From Catajapyx aquilonaris (Eukaryota), in assembly GCA_000934665.2 (NCBI GenBank), contig KZ538481.1, positions 46,907 through 66,906 of the forward strand: a stretch of DNA of 20,000 nucleotides, in the 5' to 3' direction. Position numbers and translations under genes: made by a program. Positions 1-9,730 of the stretch are shown piece after piece. Below the pieces are notes generated by a model that did no database searches, had not been told where the DNA came from, and saw nothing but the letters and a program-made list of their open reading frames with translations. How positions within the stretch are numbered: position 1 is the stretch's first letter; every line of letters begins with the position of its first letter.

Positions 1-38
1 GTTCAAATAGTTGATGTAATTGAGTAACAGAAACGTAC

Positions 39-2130
39 ATTTTTCCTTCTTCCACTCTCATATCGAATTTTTTCAGGACATAATGGGCTTTGGCACCTCT
101 TCCGTACGATTTGACGGCCTTGGAAAACACAACCGCATCAGTACCGGTGCTGTTCGGAAGGACCCCTTCGCCTGTGGACATGTTTACTCCCTGTTGAGCA
201 AGATAAACTATGTGATTATGGTCATAATGATAGGCCCGGAACCAGCTAGGGAAACACCGTAATTAACATTCAGGAAATTCATTTCTGATGGAAATCCCAC
301 AGGTTGACTGTCTTTATTGCGCATCTAATTACAACTTGTTGATCTTCATGTGAAGGACAGGTTACAATCATGTCTCATGAAGGTATAATTATTTTGTGTT
401 GTAAAACTTATTGCTGTGAATGGGATTTTTTTTGTCACTAATGGCAATCATATAAGATTACAAACAATATCTTTAAGAAGTGTCGAGTTGGAAGCAGTTG
501 GATAAAAGAGATATTGAAAGGGCAATCAGGAAATGAATATTATTGCGTGAGGGGAGGCAAGCTGGCAAGGTGGTCTAGTGGGTATGCCACTGGCCAGCCA
601 AGCGGGAGGTCAGGGGTTCGCACCCCGTCCCCGTCACCTCTGCTTGGTCGGGTCTTTTTCCGCTTTCGACCCGACATGCCGGGACTCCCTACTCTGCCCA
701 GGGCCAGGAGAAATAGTCTGGTTTATTTCACAAAGTCAGAAATGACTAGCCTAATTACAGCGACCTCCCTTGGGAACCCCATTTCCCCCCCTAAAAGGGC
801 TCCCCCCTATCGCGGGGTACATCGAAAAAATACAAAACTTTACTGCATACTAATTAAGAGATATTGAAAGTGCAATCAGGAAATGAATATTATTGCGTGA
901 GGGGAGGCAAGGTGGTCTAGTGGGTATGCCACTGGCCAGCCAAGCGGGAGGTCCGGGGTTCGCACCCCGTCCCCGTCACCTCTGCTTGGTCGGGTCTTTT
1001 TCCGCTTTCGACCCGACATGCCGGGACTTCCTACTCTGCCCAGGGCCAGGAGAAATAGTCTGGTTCATTTCACCAAGTCAGAAATGACTAGCCTAATTAC
1101 AGCGACCTCCCTTGGGAACCTCATTTCCCCCCCTAAAAGGGCTCCCCCCTATCGCGGGGTACATCCAAAAAATACAATTCTCAATTATTCCCACAATTCA
1201 GTATGATTATGTAATGCCTTGTTCCTACTTTTTACTGTCTCATTATATAAAAATATAGCAAGGTTAACTTGGACATAAATTACGCCCGCTTGGTTTGGCC
1301 TGATATTCTTGTGTAACAGTGCTGATAACTCATGATATGCGTAGAATATCAAGCGGTTTTCTTAATCTGTCCGTTTGCAATCAGTAGCAATATAAATCGT
1401 CGTCACTAATAAGATTTGTGCCTGGTACTAATAGTTTTGTATTCAAAATTTCTCGACTCATCTTTTAGAAGCTGCAAGAACCTCCTTATAATAATGCCTA
1501 TACAGTAATATTGCAAATCAATCAGTAAATGCCAATAGTGCCAGAAGGCATACTACAGTATCTAATCTTGATCCTAGCATGTATGGTGTACACTGTACAC
1601 CTACGAGTTACATTTGTTGTTTTTGATTAGTTATCTGAATGCTATTGGCCACGACGACAACAACATTAACCAAGATATGCCTGAATATTATTTAATTTTT
1701 TAAATAATGATTTTATGAGCAAACTCTGAACTCCCAGATAACACTGATAATCCGAAAATGGTCCTAGATACCGTAAAATGAGCTATTTAGAGATTTTTTT
1801 AAATTAATTACTGTATAGTGTATGATGCTAAGGTTTAATCAAAATAATAAAACTTATAAATTTTTAGTTTTATTTCCTAGAAAAACTCTCCCATACTTTT
1901 TTGTTGGAGAGACATATTGACATATTTCCGGACTTTGTTTTTTTTGCGATGCACGGATAATCCGAAACACCGGATAATCGGGAGTACAGTGTATGTAACA
2001 TCTGTGTAAGTGTTCAGGGAATACAATTTTATGTTTCTAAATTCTAACTCTTAATTTTTAAAATCTGACTTTGTAATAATTGTTCAGGTGACCCCAATAA
2101 GGGACGCTCGGAAAATCTGGGTTAAAAATA

Positions 2131-2172
<42 letters not shown>

Positions 2173-2292
2173 CCACAACAACCGAAAAGTGGACCGGTCT
2201 AGACTACGTGGTGGGGCGTAAAATAATGATCTCACTCACTCATTTGGTGACAATGTGAAAAACTTAATAGCATTTACCTGTTCATGCGACAT
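39..2292 (-). CDS. ABCH: ABCH-type ABC half-transporter, copy A, 5' part only (continues off the left edge)
   Basis: Exon 39-190 reads (GVN)[47 protein letters not shown], nearly identical to the matching exon of copies B and C. GT donor at 37-38, AG acceptor at 191-192. Inferred upstream micro-exon 2278-2292 (ATG TCG CAT GAA CAG|GTAAAT). Confidence 0.85.
547..838 (+). mobile_element. tRNA(Gly-GCC)-derived SINE, copy 1
   Basis: A box TGGTCTAGTGG and B-box-like GGTTCGCACCC. The head GCCAGCCAAGCGGGAGGTC-GGGGTTCG resembles eukaryotic tRNA-Gly GCCTGCCACGCGGGAGGCCCGGGTTCG. Unique body and A-rich tail. Flanked by TTATTGC / TTACTGC (TSD-like). Absent at the paralogous site of copy C (~13940). Confidence 0.8.
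897..1177 (+). mobile_element. tRNA(Gly)-derived SINE, copy 2 (local 350-bp tandem duplication of copy 1 plus flank)
   Basis: Near-identical to 547-838 and shares the same ~40-bp upstream flank. Repeat units start at 506 and 856. Confidence 0.8.
1724..1991. mobile_element. pogo/Tigger-like MITE with damaged left end (paralog of 14957-15228)
   Basis: Right TIR CCGGATAATCGGGAGTACAGTG + TA is intact. Left end is degenerate (ctctgaactccca). Interior matches 14957-15228. Confidence 0.7.
2132..2182 (+). repeat. (CAA)n microsatellite
   Basis: Direct reading; paralogous to 15368-15433. Confidence 0.95.
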
Positions 2293-2460
2293 TCAGGAGC
2301 TGCTGTAGACCTCCCTACTTCAACCACTTTTTAGTTCAAAGTAAAGGACAAGCATGTTGGTACTGTACCCCCAAGTCCGCTCCCCGTCCTCACTTCTTCA
2401 CTATTGGCCGAGGAAAGTCATGAAAATATCGCTGATGGGTTAGTCATTATTAAACTCGTT

Positions 2461-3033
2461 TGATGCACCCCCGGCTTACACCATTATAGTTATATGTAAT
2501 CTGAACTGGTGGAGTTACTTTCCTTCCCTTTTTTTTACCATCAGTTACAACCAACAAAGATTCCTTTCTTTTCACTCCACTCTTGCTTAGGAAGAGGAGC
2601 GTGTCTTAACTCTGCCCGACTGAGGTGGCAAACAATACCAACAAAAAGAAAAAGGAGAAGAAGAAGAAGAAGAAGAAGAAAATGAAGGAGGACCGTCTCA
2701 ACTAAGCCTCCCAAGACCAGACCCGGAAGACGGACCAGACGACCACCACCCAGAGTGACCAACCACTGGCCAAGCAGATACAAGAGACGGAAGGGACGGG
2801 ATGATTTGGAATACATCCATCTACAATCAACACTGGTAGCGTGAGTAGTTTAAAGGAAGGTCACATTCACACTCGTAGCTGTCTTGTAATGCGGTGTAAC
2901 TGTTTGGAAATAATATCCCGATTTTCTTAAACCAATCCGAGTTATGTTTTATTTAAAAACGCACCTGCATTCACACCTTGATTCACACACGACAACTTTC
3001 AGGTACTTTTCAGCTTGTTGATTAGGCCTGACA
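2461..3033. mobile_element. Solo-LTR-like insertion, 573 bp
   Basis: TG...CA termini with a 6-bp TSD CTCGTT (2455-2460, 3034-3039). Empty site aaactcgtttaga in copy C (~15758-15770). An alternative reading is 2462-3032 with an 8-bp TSD ACTCGTTT. Contains (GAA)8 at 2657-2680. Confidence 0.7.
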
Positions 3034-3554
3034 CTCGTTTAGAACCGCCCACTGTTTCTCTTCCCTTTCAGAAAAAACTTCTCTGCCCAAGGATGCTGTC
3101 CATGAGTTGTTGTTTTTTTTGTCTTCCAACTTTACAGGATGACCCTGGCATTATACGTTCACCAAATTGGGAATCAGATTGACTCAGTATGCACTGTATA
3201 TTGCAAGTTTCAAGTAAATACTGCAATCACGAATATAATATTGAATATTAAACGATTGAAATGTATTAATCTGATTAGGAAACACGAGCATTATACAGTG
3301 TATCGAGGTTACCTTCACGTGTCATGAGGACAACGAACGCGACGAGTAAAGACAACCTCGTAATATAGGCACAGTGCATGATAAGCGATAAGTGTAATTA
3401 CAGCACAGCTACGCTTGAGTACGTTACACTCACGTGTGTTTAGAATCTTCCAAGATTTTCTTAGCCCAAGGCCAAGGTCACACATATCATTGTCCCTTAT
3501 GTTGCATACAGGACTGCTTGCACCACGATGCGGTACTTTGTGGTTTACAGTTTT

Positions 3555-3779
3555 TAATGTTCCATATGGTCACTCCAACGTTGCTTTGGCTTCTTTCTGG
3601 GATAATGTTCTGAGTGATATTGATGTGATGCTTTATTATTTCTCTTGTTAATGTTCTACTACCCCACTCATATAATGCTCCACTTTTTCACTTATGTAAT
3701 GCTCTACATCTTCATGATAATTATAATGCTCTCGAATGTCTCAAATTTAATGCTCCATTATGTTGCTTTATGATGCTTT
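3555..3779. repeat. Degenerate ~24-bp-period array with conserved core TRATGYTY and variable spacers
   Basis: Cores start at 3555, 3579, 3603, 3626, 3649, 3673, 3697, 3724, 3748, 3771. Confidence 0.65.
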
Positions 3780-3790
3780 ATACATTCAAT

Positions 3791-3999
3791 CAGTGGTAGA
3801 TTTAGGGGGGGGGGGGCTCCCATAGCTCCCCCAGAGGGGTAAAAAAGGAAAAAANNNNNNNNNNNNNNNNNNNNNNNNNNNNNNNNNNNNNNNNNNNNNN
3901 NNNNNNNNNNNNNNNNNNNNNNNNNNNNNNNNNNNNNNNNNNNNNNNNNNNNNNNNNNNNCCCCCCCCCCCCCCAAATAAATCCCTGGATCTGCCACTG
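3791..3999. mobile_element. hAT-like MITE spanning an assembly gap
   Basis: Imperfect TIRs CAGTGGTAGATTTAGGG / CCCTGGATCTGCCACTG. 8-bp TSD CATTCAAT (3783-3790) / AATTCAAT (4000-4007). Internal G and C runs. Confidence 0.75.
3855..3960. other. Assembly gap (N run)
   Basis: 106 N, bordered by homopolymer-rich sequence. Confidence 1.
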
Positions 4000-4549
4000 A
4001 ATTCAATGATCCCATTGCCTTCAATTTAATGCACGGATGCTCCGCCCGTGGGCCACTTTGGGCCTGAGGACAAGAAACTTTTTTTTTAAAATTCACATGT
4101 ACAGTCTGTTCGTATATTAAAGTGTCCAGCATGCAAAAAATTATGAGCTTCGGACAAACATTTGCATATATTTCATGGCTTGCGATTTCCAAGAAGTTAT
4201 CCACCCGCACATTCTTCATAAGTAATAATATAATTTTTGGCAAGGTGAAACGACTTTTTTGAGTTCTTCCAAAATACAACAAAAATCAAAATAGACTTTT
4301 AACTTACAAGTGCTGGGTAACATTTCTTTGTTCATTCATTATTAAATCTCCTCATCTTGTTCACGTACGATATTCTTAGATTTTTTTTCAGTCCAGGAGG
4401 TTCGTAACAAAAAACAAAATACTCTATAGGGCTCTGTAGAAGTCTTGCATTTGTTTGTAAAAGATGCACCCAAAACAAATATATGGCTAGCCAAGACTCT
4501 ACCATTACAAAATTAATAGCAGGCATCTTCCACTTCACTGTAAACAGTG

Positions 4550-7500
4550 TTAAGCGCTAAATTTCTTTCTAAACCCCCTCAGAGAAATGAGAGTCATGGA
4601 CACCAAAATGATGAACCAAACAATAACGGAGACATAACCTTGCCATACAGTAGTGTTGTATATGGTCCATCCTCTGGTAAACATGCTTCTAAGAGCCTCG
4701 TTAACAAACGTGTTTGGATTCATGTAACACAACAACTTTACCGGAAGAAAGAAGACGCCTTCGATGGGCCATATGACCCCGCTCATAAGGTGGCTAAAAA
4801 TGATTATGCTGGCGGCAAAAAACACTGCCATTATCACGGTTGAGAGAGTGATTCCCATGAAGATACCAAACATACTGGCACACATCCCGTGCAAAATACA
4901 TAGAAGAAACAGCCAAGGTGAGGAACTGTAGAAAGGGAAGCCTAAAAGGAAATAAATCACTAGGGTCATGCATATGGAGGTGTATGTGACTATGAACATC
5001 TGTGTGGTCAGCTGGGCCAGGATCAGCTCCCAGTGACGTACACCTAAAAAAAAAAATGTAAACATTTAAAAATTCGTAAACTATTATTATTTGTTTGTTT
5101 GGCAAATGGCCAAATAGGCTACAGCATTACCTGCTACTATTATCCTTTGCACCATTCCGTCTTCTTTTTCCCACATCATGTTGGCTAGCGATGATGCCAT
5201 AATGATTGAAAATATAGCACTGAAAAGCCATAAATATTATAATATGTGCGCGCGTTTTTTCGAACATTACTGTATATCATATTGTTTTTCCTTCATGAAT
5301 TGCTGGCTTACTTGGCCAGTGCAGCCGGAGCGCTGAAGTGAGTAAACTCTGCGTCATTGGTTCCATATATCGGCTTTCCAAAGTTCATTGGGGATACTCC
5401 CATTACAGGGTTCATGTCGCACGTGGTGAGCATCTCTTGCATGAAATCAGAGTATTTCAACAGCAAGTGCCTCTGAATTAGAAGTGCAATGTGATAATCT
5501 GAATTCAAAAATTAAAGTTCGAAAATAATTAATCTGAAACACCAGTATTGCTCATGGCACTTACTGCTCATGTCCATTCGGAGTGTGGAAAATGAATTTT
5601 GCAGAGTGGTGTTGTCCACATTCAGTCCCGATAGAATCTTTTCAGTGACGCTATCAGAATAGTTAGCAGGAAATGTAATTACGCCCGCTACGTCACCATT
5701 TTTCGCTGCAAACCCCGCTGCCGATTCGTTATAATACGGTACCTGAAACACCAATAAAAATAGTTCAAAATTTCTTTAACAGCTTCATGTTTATATCAAG
5801 CACAAGATTACAAGTACGCATCACAGGACGTCATGTAATGTATCACAATTTTTGTCTGAAGAATGTGATCACTTATGAGTTCATGAACGACTTACCAAAT
5901 TGACCACATTCTTGTCGAGTCCACCCAAATACCTGCAACTCAAGTTCAGAAACAGACAGTCGTCGAATGGCTGGCAGATTGGGTCATTCGGCCATTCGTG
6001 GTTCACCACAGCCAGGTGAGTTTTCCGAGGGTTTGGTCCAAGTGTAAAACAAACTAAGAACATCAAAATGGGACCAATATTCATTATGGTAAGTGTTGGT
6101 CTGGAATAAAATTCCACATCATTAAGCGCACGCCAGAAGTCGCAGGAAATGCTCCTGTCAACAACCTAGGCCTACCTGTAGTCACGCCATAGCCGTGTGA
6201 AGTTCTTCCTAAGCATGGCTGCAATGTGATTCTTGGAAGAACCGGTTCTTAACTGACTCTTCTGATGCACAGAGGCTTTGGAAGCAATGATCACTTCTCT
6301 CTCGGCCTTCTTCCCAAGCTCAGTGGGCTGGAGGTCAGACCTGTTGTTCATGGCGATGTCTTCGTCGTCGTTCACACACAGTGTCAGGAAGACATCTTCC
6401 AGTTTTGTAGCCCCGTACTGTCGCATGAGTGTGCCTGGTTCATCCTGTGCTAAAAGACGACCATTTCTCATCATGCCCACAGTATCTGCTTGCCTTGCTT
6501 CCTCGATGTAGTGGGTGGTGATGATGACTGTTACCTTGTTAACAGAGGCCACATGTCGAAGATACTTCCACAACCTGTAGGGGACAATTTTTTAAAAATT
6601 CTCTGCGCATAATGCATATCACGTAACTTACATTTGCCTCAAAATTGGATCCACTCCCACTGTGGGTTCGTCCAAAATGAGCAGCCTTGGCTCGTGGAGT
6701 AACGCAATTGCAAAAGACAACCGCTTCTGTTGTCCGCCACTGTATGGTCAATTACAATGTGAATAAAGAACACAATAACCACGTATCAAGTACTACCTGA
6801 GGGTGTGAATGTGCCTTATTTTCGGCGGAAGCTGCAACAACTTGAGCAGAAATGTAAGCCTCATCTCGATGTCTGATTCGCTCATTCCGTATATGCGACC
6901 AAAGTAGTGAATAATTTCCTTAATTGTCAGTGCCTGGGACAGACCTTTCTCTTGAGGCATGTATCCAACCACGGGTCCTGGGACACCACATTCGGCAGTG
7001 TTGGGTTCCAATCCGAATATTCGGATATGTCCAGAGTGCAAGTACTTGTCCCCAACAATGCAGGAGAGCACTGTGGTCTTCCCGCATCCACTGGCGCCAA
7101 GAAGGGCGTAGCTGAAATGACAAGAGAAGGTTCAAATAAGACCTAAGGTCAAATACTGTAGTTGGTGTAATTGAGTAACAAACGTACATTTTTCCTTCTT
7201 CCACTCTCATATCGAATTTCTTCAGGACATAATTGGCTTTGGCACCTCTTCCGTACGATTTGACGGCCTTGGAAAACACAACCGCATCGGTACCTATGCT
7301 CTTCGGAAGGACCCCTTCGCCTGTGGACATGTTTACTACCTGTTACGCAAGATAAAATATGTGATTAGGCTCATAATGAGAGACCCTGAACAAGCTATAG
7401 GGAAACAGCGTATAATTAACCTTCAGGAAATTCAGCTCTTATTCTGTCTCAACTTTTATAATGCGTAAAAATGTCATGGCGAGACGCCCAGATAATCATG

Positions 7501-7987
7501 ATTGTACATATTTTGCGTGCTAAAATTTCGGCATTTGGTTTAAACTAGTTCTCTTCCGGATTCTGACCTCTGGCTCTGGAAGCTCCATTTTTGATGGAAA
7601 TCCCGCATGTTGGGGAGGGAGGGGGGGTCTTTTTCCGTTTTTGACCCGACATGCCCGGGCGGAATTACACTCCCTACTCTGCCCAGGGCCAGGAGAAAAG
7701 GGGTGGTGTATTTTACAAAGGCAGAAGTGACTATAATTACTGCTCCCTGCCTTTGGAACCTCACTCTTCCCCCTAAAATCACGGGGTACATAAAAAATTA
7801 TTGCATGCCAACAATAATTAAGAGATTATTCTGACAATTATTTAGTATGATTATGTAACGCCTTTTATGGTCTCAAACTAATAATATTCAAAATTTACCT
7901 AAACTGCTTAGCAAAAATATTTGCTCCCACGGTCGATGTTCTGTTGTAGTCAACAACTTCAATAGCACTTGCCTGTTCATGCGACAT
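4550..7987 (-). CDS. ABCH: ABCH-type ABC half-transporter, copy B (complete; ~705 aa from ATG 7330, ~713 aa with micro-exon)
   Basis: Exons (minus): [7973-7987 inferred, GC donor], 7188-7339 (proximal ATG 7330), 6797-7111, 6632-6739, 6176-6574, 5896-6100, 5565-5742, 5312-5498, 5131-5219, 4550-5043 (TAA). The eight downstream introns are GT-AG and in phase, giving 2118 nt from ATG 7330. Motifs: Walker [10 protein letters not shown]-loop GYMPQE, signature LSGGQ, Walker B/D-loop [13 protein letters not shown]-loop TTHYIEEA. These are followed by one TM, a large extracellular domain and an ABC-2-type TM bundle (SGVIWPIEG), as is typical of ABCH. Confidence 0.93.
7622..7797 (+). mobile_element. 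5'-deleted, diverged copy of the same SINE at the paralogous site of copy B
   Basis: gggtctttttccg..gacccgacatgcc..ctccctactctgcccagggccaggagaaa..cggggtaca-A tail. It is followed by ttattgc and the same downstream flank (taattaagagat) as in copy A. Confidence 0.75.
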
Positions 7988-8507
7988 TCAGGAGCTGCTG
8001 TAGACCTCCTGCTCCGACCACTTCTTAGTTCAAAGTAAAGGCCATGTTGCTACCCCCACGTCCTCACTCCTTCACTGTTGTCCGAGGAAAATCCTAATAG
8101 TATTGGGGAAGGGGTAGTCATTATGTAACTCATACTGTAACCGCCCACTGTTACTCTTCCTTTTCAGGAAACCTTCTCTGCCCAAGGATGCGGTCCAGAG
8201 AGTTTTTTTTTGTCTTCCTTTCATGCCAGAAGGTTCATAACAAAAAACAAAATACTCTAGGGCTCTGTAGAAGTCTTGCATTTGTTTGAAAAAGATGCAT
8301 CAAAAACAAATTTTTATGTCCAGCACAATAAGAAAAGCATAATGAATATTTTGGTTATACCATACTCATAACACAGGATGGCGACGTCAATCCGCGTCAA
8401 TCACTTCTGATCTTTCGCATCTTGCCGTCTCTGTCTGCGGAGTGTGCTTTTAAGTGAGGTCCTCATCGTCCTGTGATATGTGGGGAAATAAGTGTTAAAC
8501 TAGATAT

Positions 8508-8508
<1 letters not shown>

Positions 8509-8562
<54 letters not shown>

Positions 8563-8591
8563 TTTTACCCCGGTGGGCACGATGGCCGATT
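8509..8591 (-). mobile_element. Extremely 5'-truncated non-LTR retroposon stub with (TAAA)n tail
   Basis: Perfect 10-bp TSD ACTAGATATT (8499-8508, 8592-8601). Minus strand reads AATCGGCCATCGTGCCCACCGGGGT followed by about 14 AAAT units. Confidence 0.75.
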
Positions 8592-9454
8592 ACTAGATAT
8601 TATACTTGACTATAGAAGCTGCTAATTAATGTGAAACCTACCATGCACTTGTGAATGATTTTTTTTTCTTTTGCAGTATTTCTTAGCAAACTTTGAGAGG
8701 GCTTGGTCCGGGTCCTGCAACAAGAACAAAGATTAATCCACTCTATGGAATTCCAAGGAGAGTTAAGAAATTATTTATAATAATATAACTTCTTCTTCAA
8801 CAAGTGCTAGTTGCTTGAAAAATTCATCAACATTTTTCTTCAATATTTCTATGACGTCCTCCTCTATACAATAAGGCTCAGTTCATACTCCACCTGTCGA
8901 CCCGGCCACCTGTAGAGATTACAATCAATCATTATTAATAATAATACACGGGGATTTTAGAATACAAATTAATATAATCAATGGCAAGTTTTATGATTTT
9001 GATTAACACAAAAGCAGCATCGACAGTAGTAGCCTCCATTCAAACATGTGCATAAGTTCATTTTTACCCTAAACACTAACCTTCAACGTTGGTGTAGAAT
9101 CATACATTTAATGGCGTTTTCACCTATTAACATCCTAACTTGATTATGATTAGACAGGAGATAGTGGATATTAATATCAGCCAGATTTTTACCGATGCTA
9201 ATTAGAGATCACTTTTGTTACATATGGGGTAATCCAGTCCAGTTTAGTAATAAGTTCCATTGTGAAGTAATCTATGCAATAGTAGCCCTACTAATTGACG
9301 TACAAAATGTTACATTCCTCTTCCCCGGATTTACCAGCCATTTCATCGTTTAATTATAACTGGTATTAAGCTCTTTCACTTCAAGTTGCTTGATTGTCAT
9401 TATGTCAGAGGAGCTAATCACATAGCCACTATTTGACGATTCAATGGTACTTAC

Positions 9455-9469
9455 TTGCTTGTGCGACAT
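9455..9469 (-). other. Diverged paralog of the start micro-exon (MSHKQ); candidate alternative first exon of copy B or orphan exon of an older paralog
   Basis: ctga ATG TCG CAC AAG CAA|GTAAGT has the same length, phase and context as the MSHEQ exons. Inr-like TCAGTT on the minus strand at 9543-9548. Confidence 0.55.
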
Positions 9470-9652
9470 TCAGCTGATGCTGTGTCTCCGATCTCTTCTA
9501 AGGACAATAAATAAAGGTACCCCTCACGAAAACGAGCTTTTCAACTGAAATTATGTGAATGAGTTGTTTAGCAACACTTTCGCTTCATTTAAGGGTTCAA
9601 AACTGTTTCTACATGAATTTATATACAAAGAAATAATTTCATTGCTACTATG

Positions 9653-9658
9653 TTTATT
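9653..9658 (-). terminator. Candidate polyadenylation signal of copy C
   Basis: AATAAA on the minus strand ~73 nt downstream of the stop codon. Confidence 0.55.
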
Positions 9659-9730
9659 TCACTTTTCTACTGTGATACTCTACCATTACAAAATTAATAG
9701 CAGGCATCTTCCACTTCATGGTAAACAGTG

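Larger units (their letters stand above)
191..3526. repeat. Segmental duplicate: first intron/upstream region of copy A, paralogous to 13259-16327 (copy C) and, in deleted form, to 7340-8225 (copy B)
   Basis: Collinear shared blocks include gatggaaatcccacaggttgac, aagaagtgtcgagttg, tataaatcgtcgtcactaa, the MITE plus (CAA)n, the gcgacattcaggagctgctgtagacctcc block and gaggttaccttcacgtgtc. Homology ends at ttgcaccac (3526 / 16327). Confidence 0.9.

Noticed and set aside
640..720. Self-cleaving ribozyme (HDV-like or hammerhead) in the SINE body
   Set aside because: Could not build the nested pseudoknot or find a CUGANGA/GAAA core with matching stems by eye; an Infernal search would be needed.
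514..1206. ORFs of 117/64/62 aa, or a true tRNA-Gly gene
   Set aside because: The ORFs lie in GC-rich SINE sequence. The tRNA-like head has a non-canonical anticodon stem and T loop and is fused to a body and A tail.
2541..2816. Leu-rich 91-aa membrane-like ORF
   Set aside because: Generated by the (GAA)n tract inside the LTR-like insertion.
3555..3779. CRISPR-like repeat-spacer array
   Set aside because: The core is only ~9 bp and degenerate, spacers are ~15 bp, there are no cas genes, and the context is eukaryotic.
3758..4282. 174-aa minus-strand ORF
   Set aside because: Runs through an N gap and a MITE; no recognisable protein features.
8367..8480. 14-bp imperfect inverted repeat (CATAACACAGGATG / CGTCCTGTGATATG) as a mini-MITE
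   Set aside because: Two mismatches, no clear TSD and no second full copy in the window.
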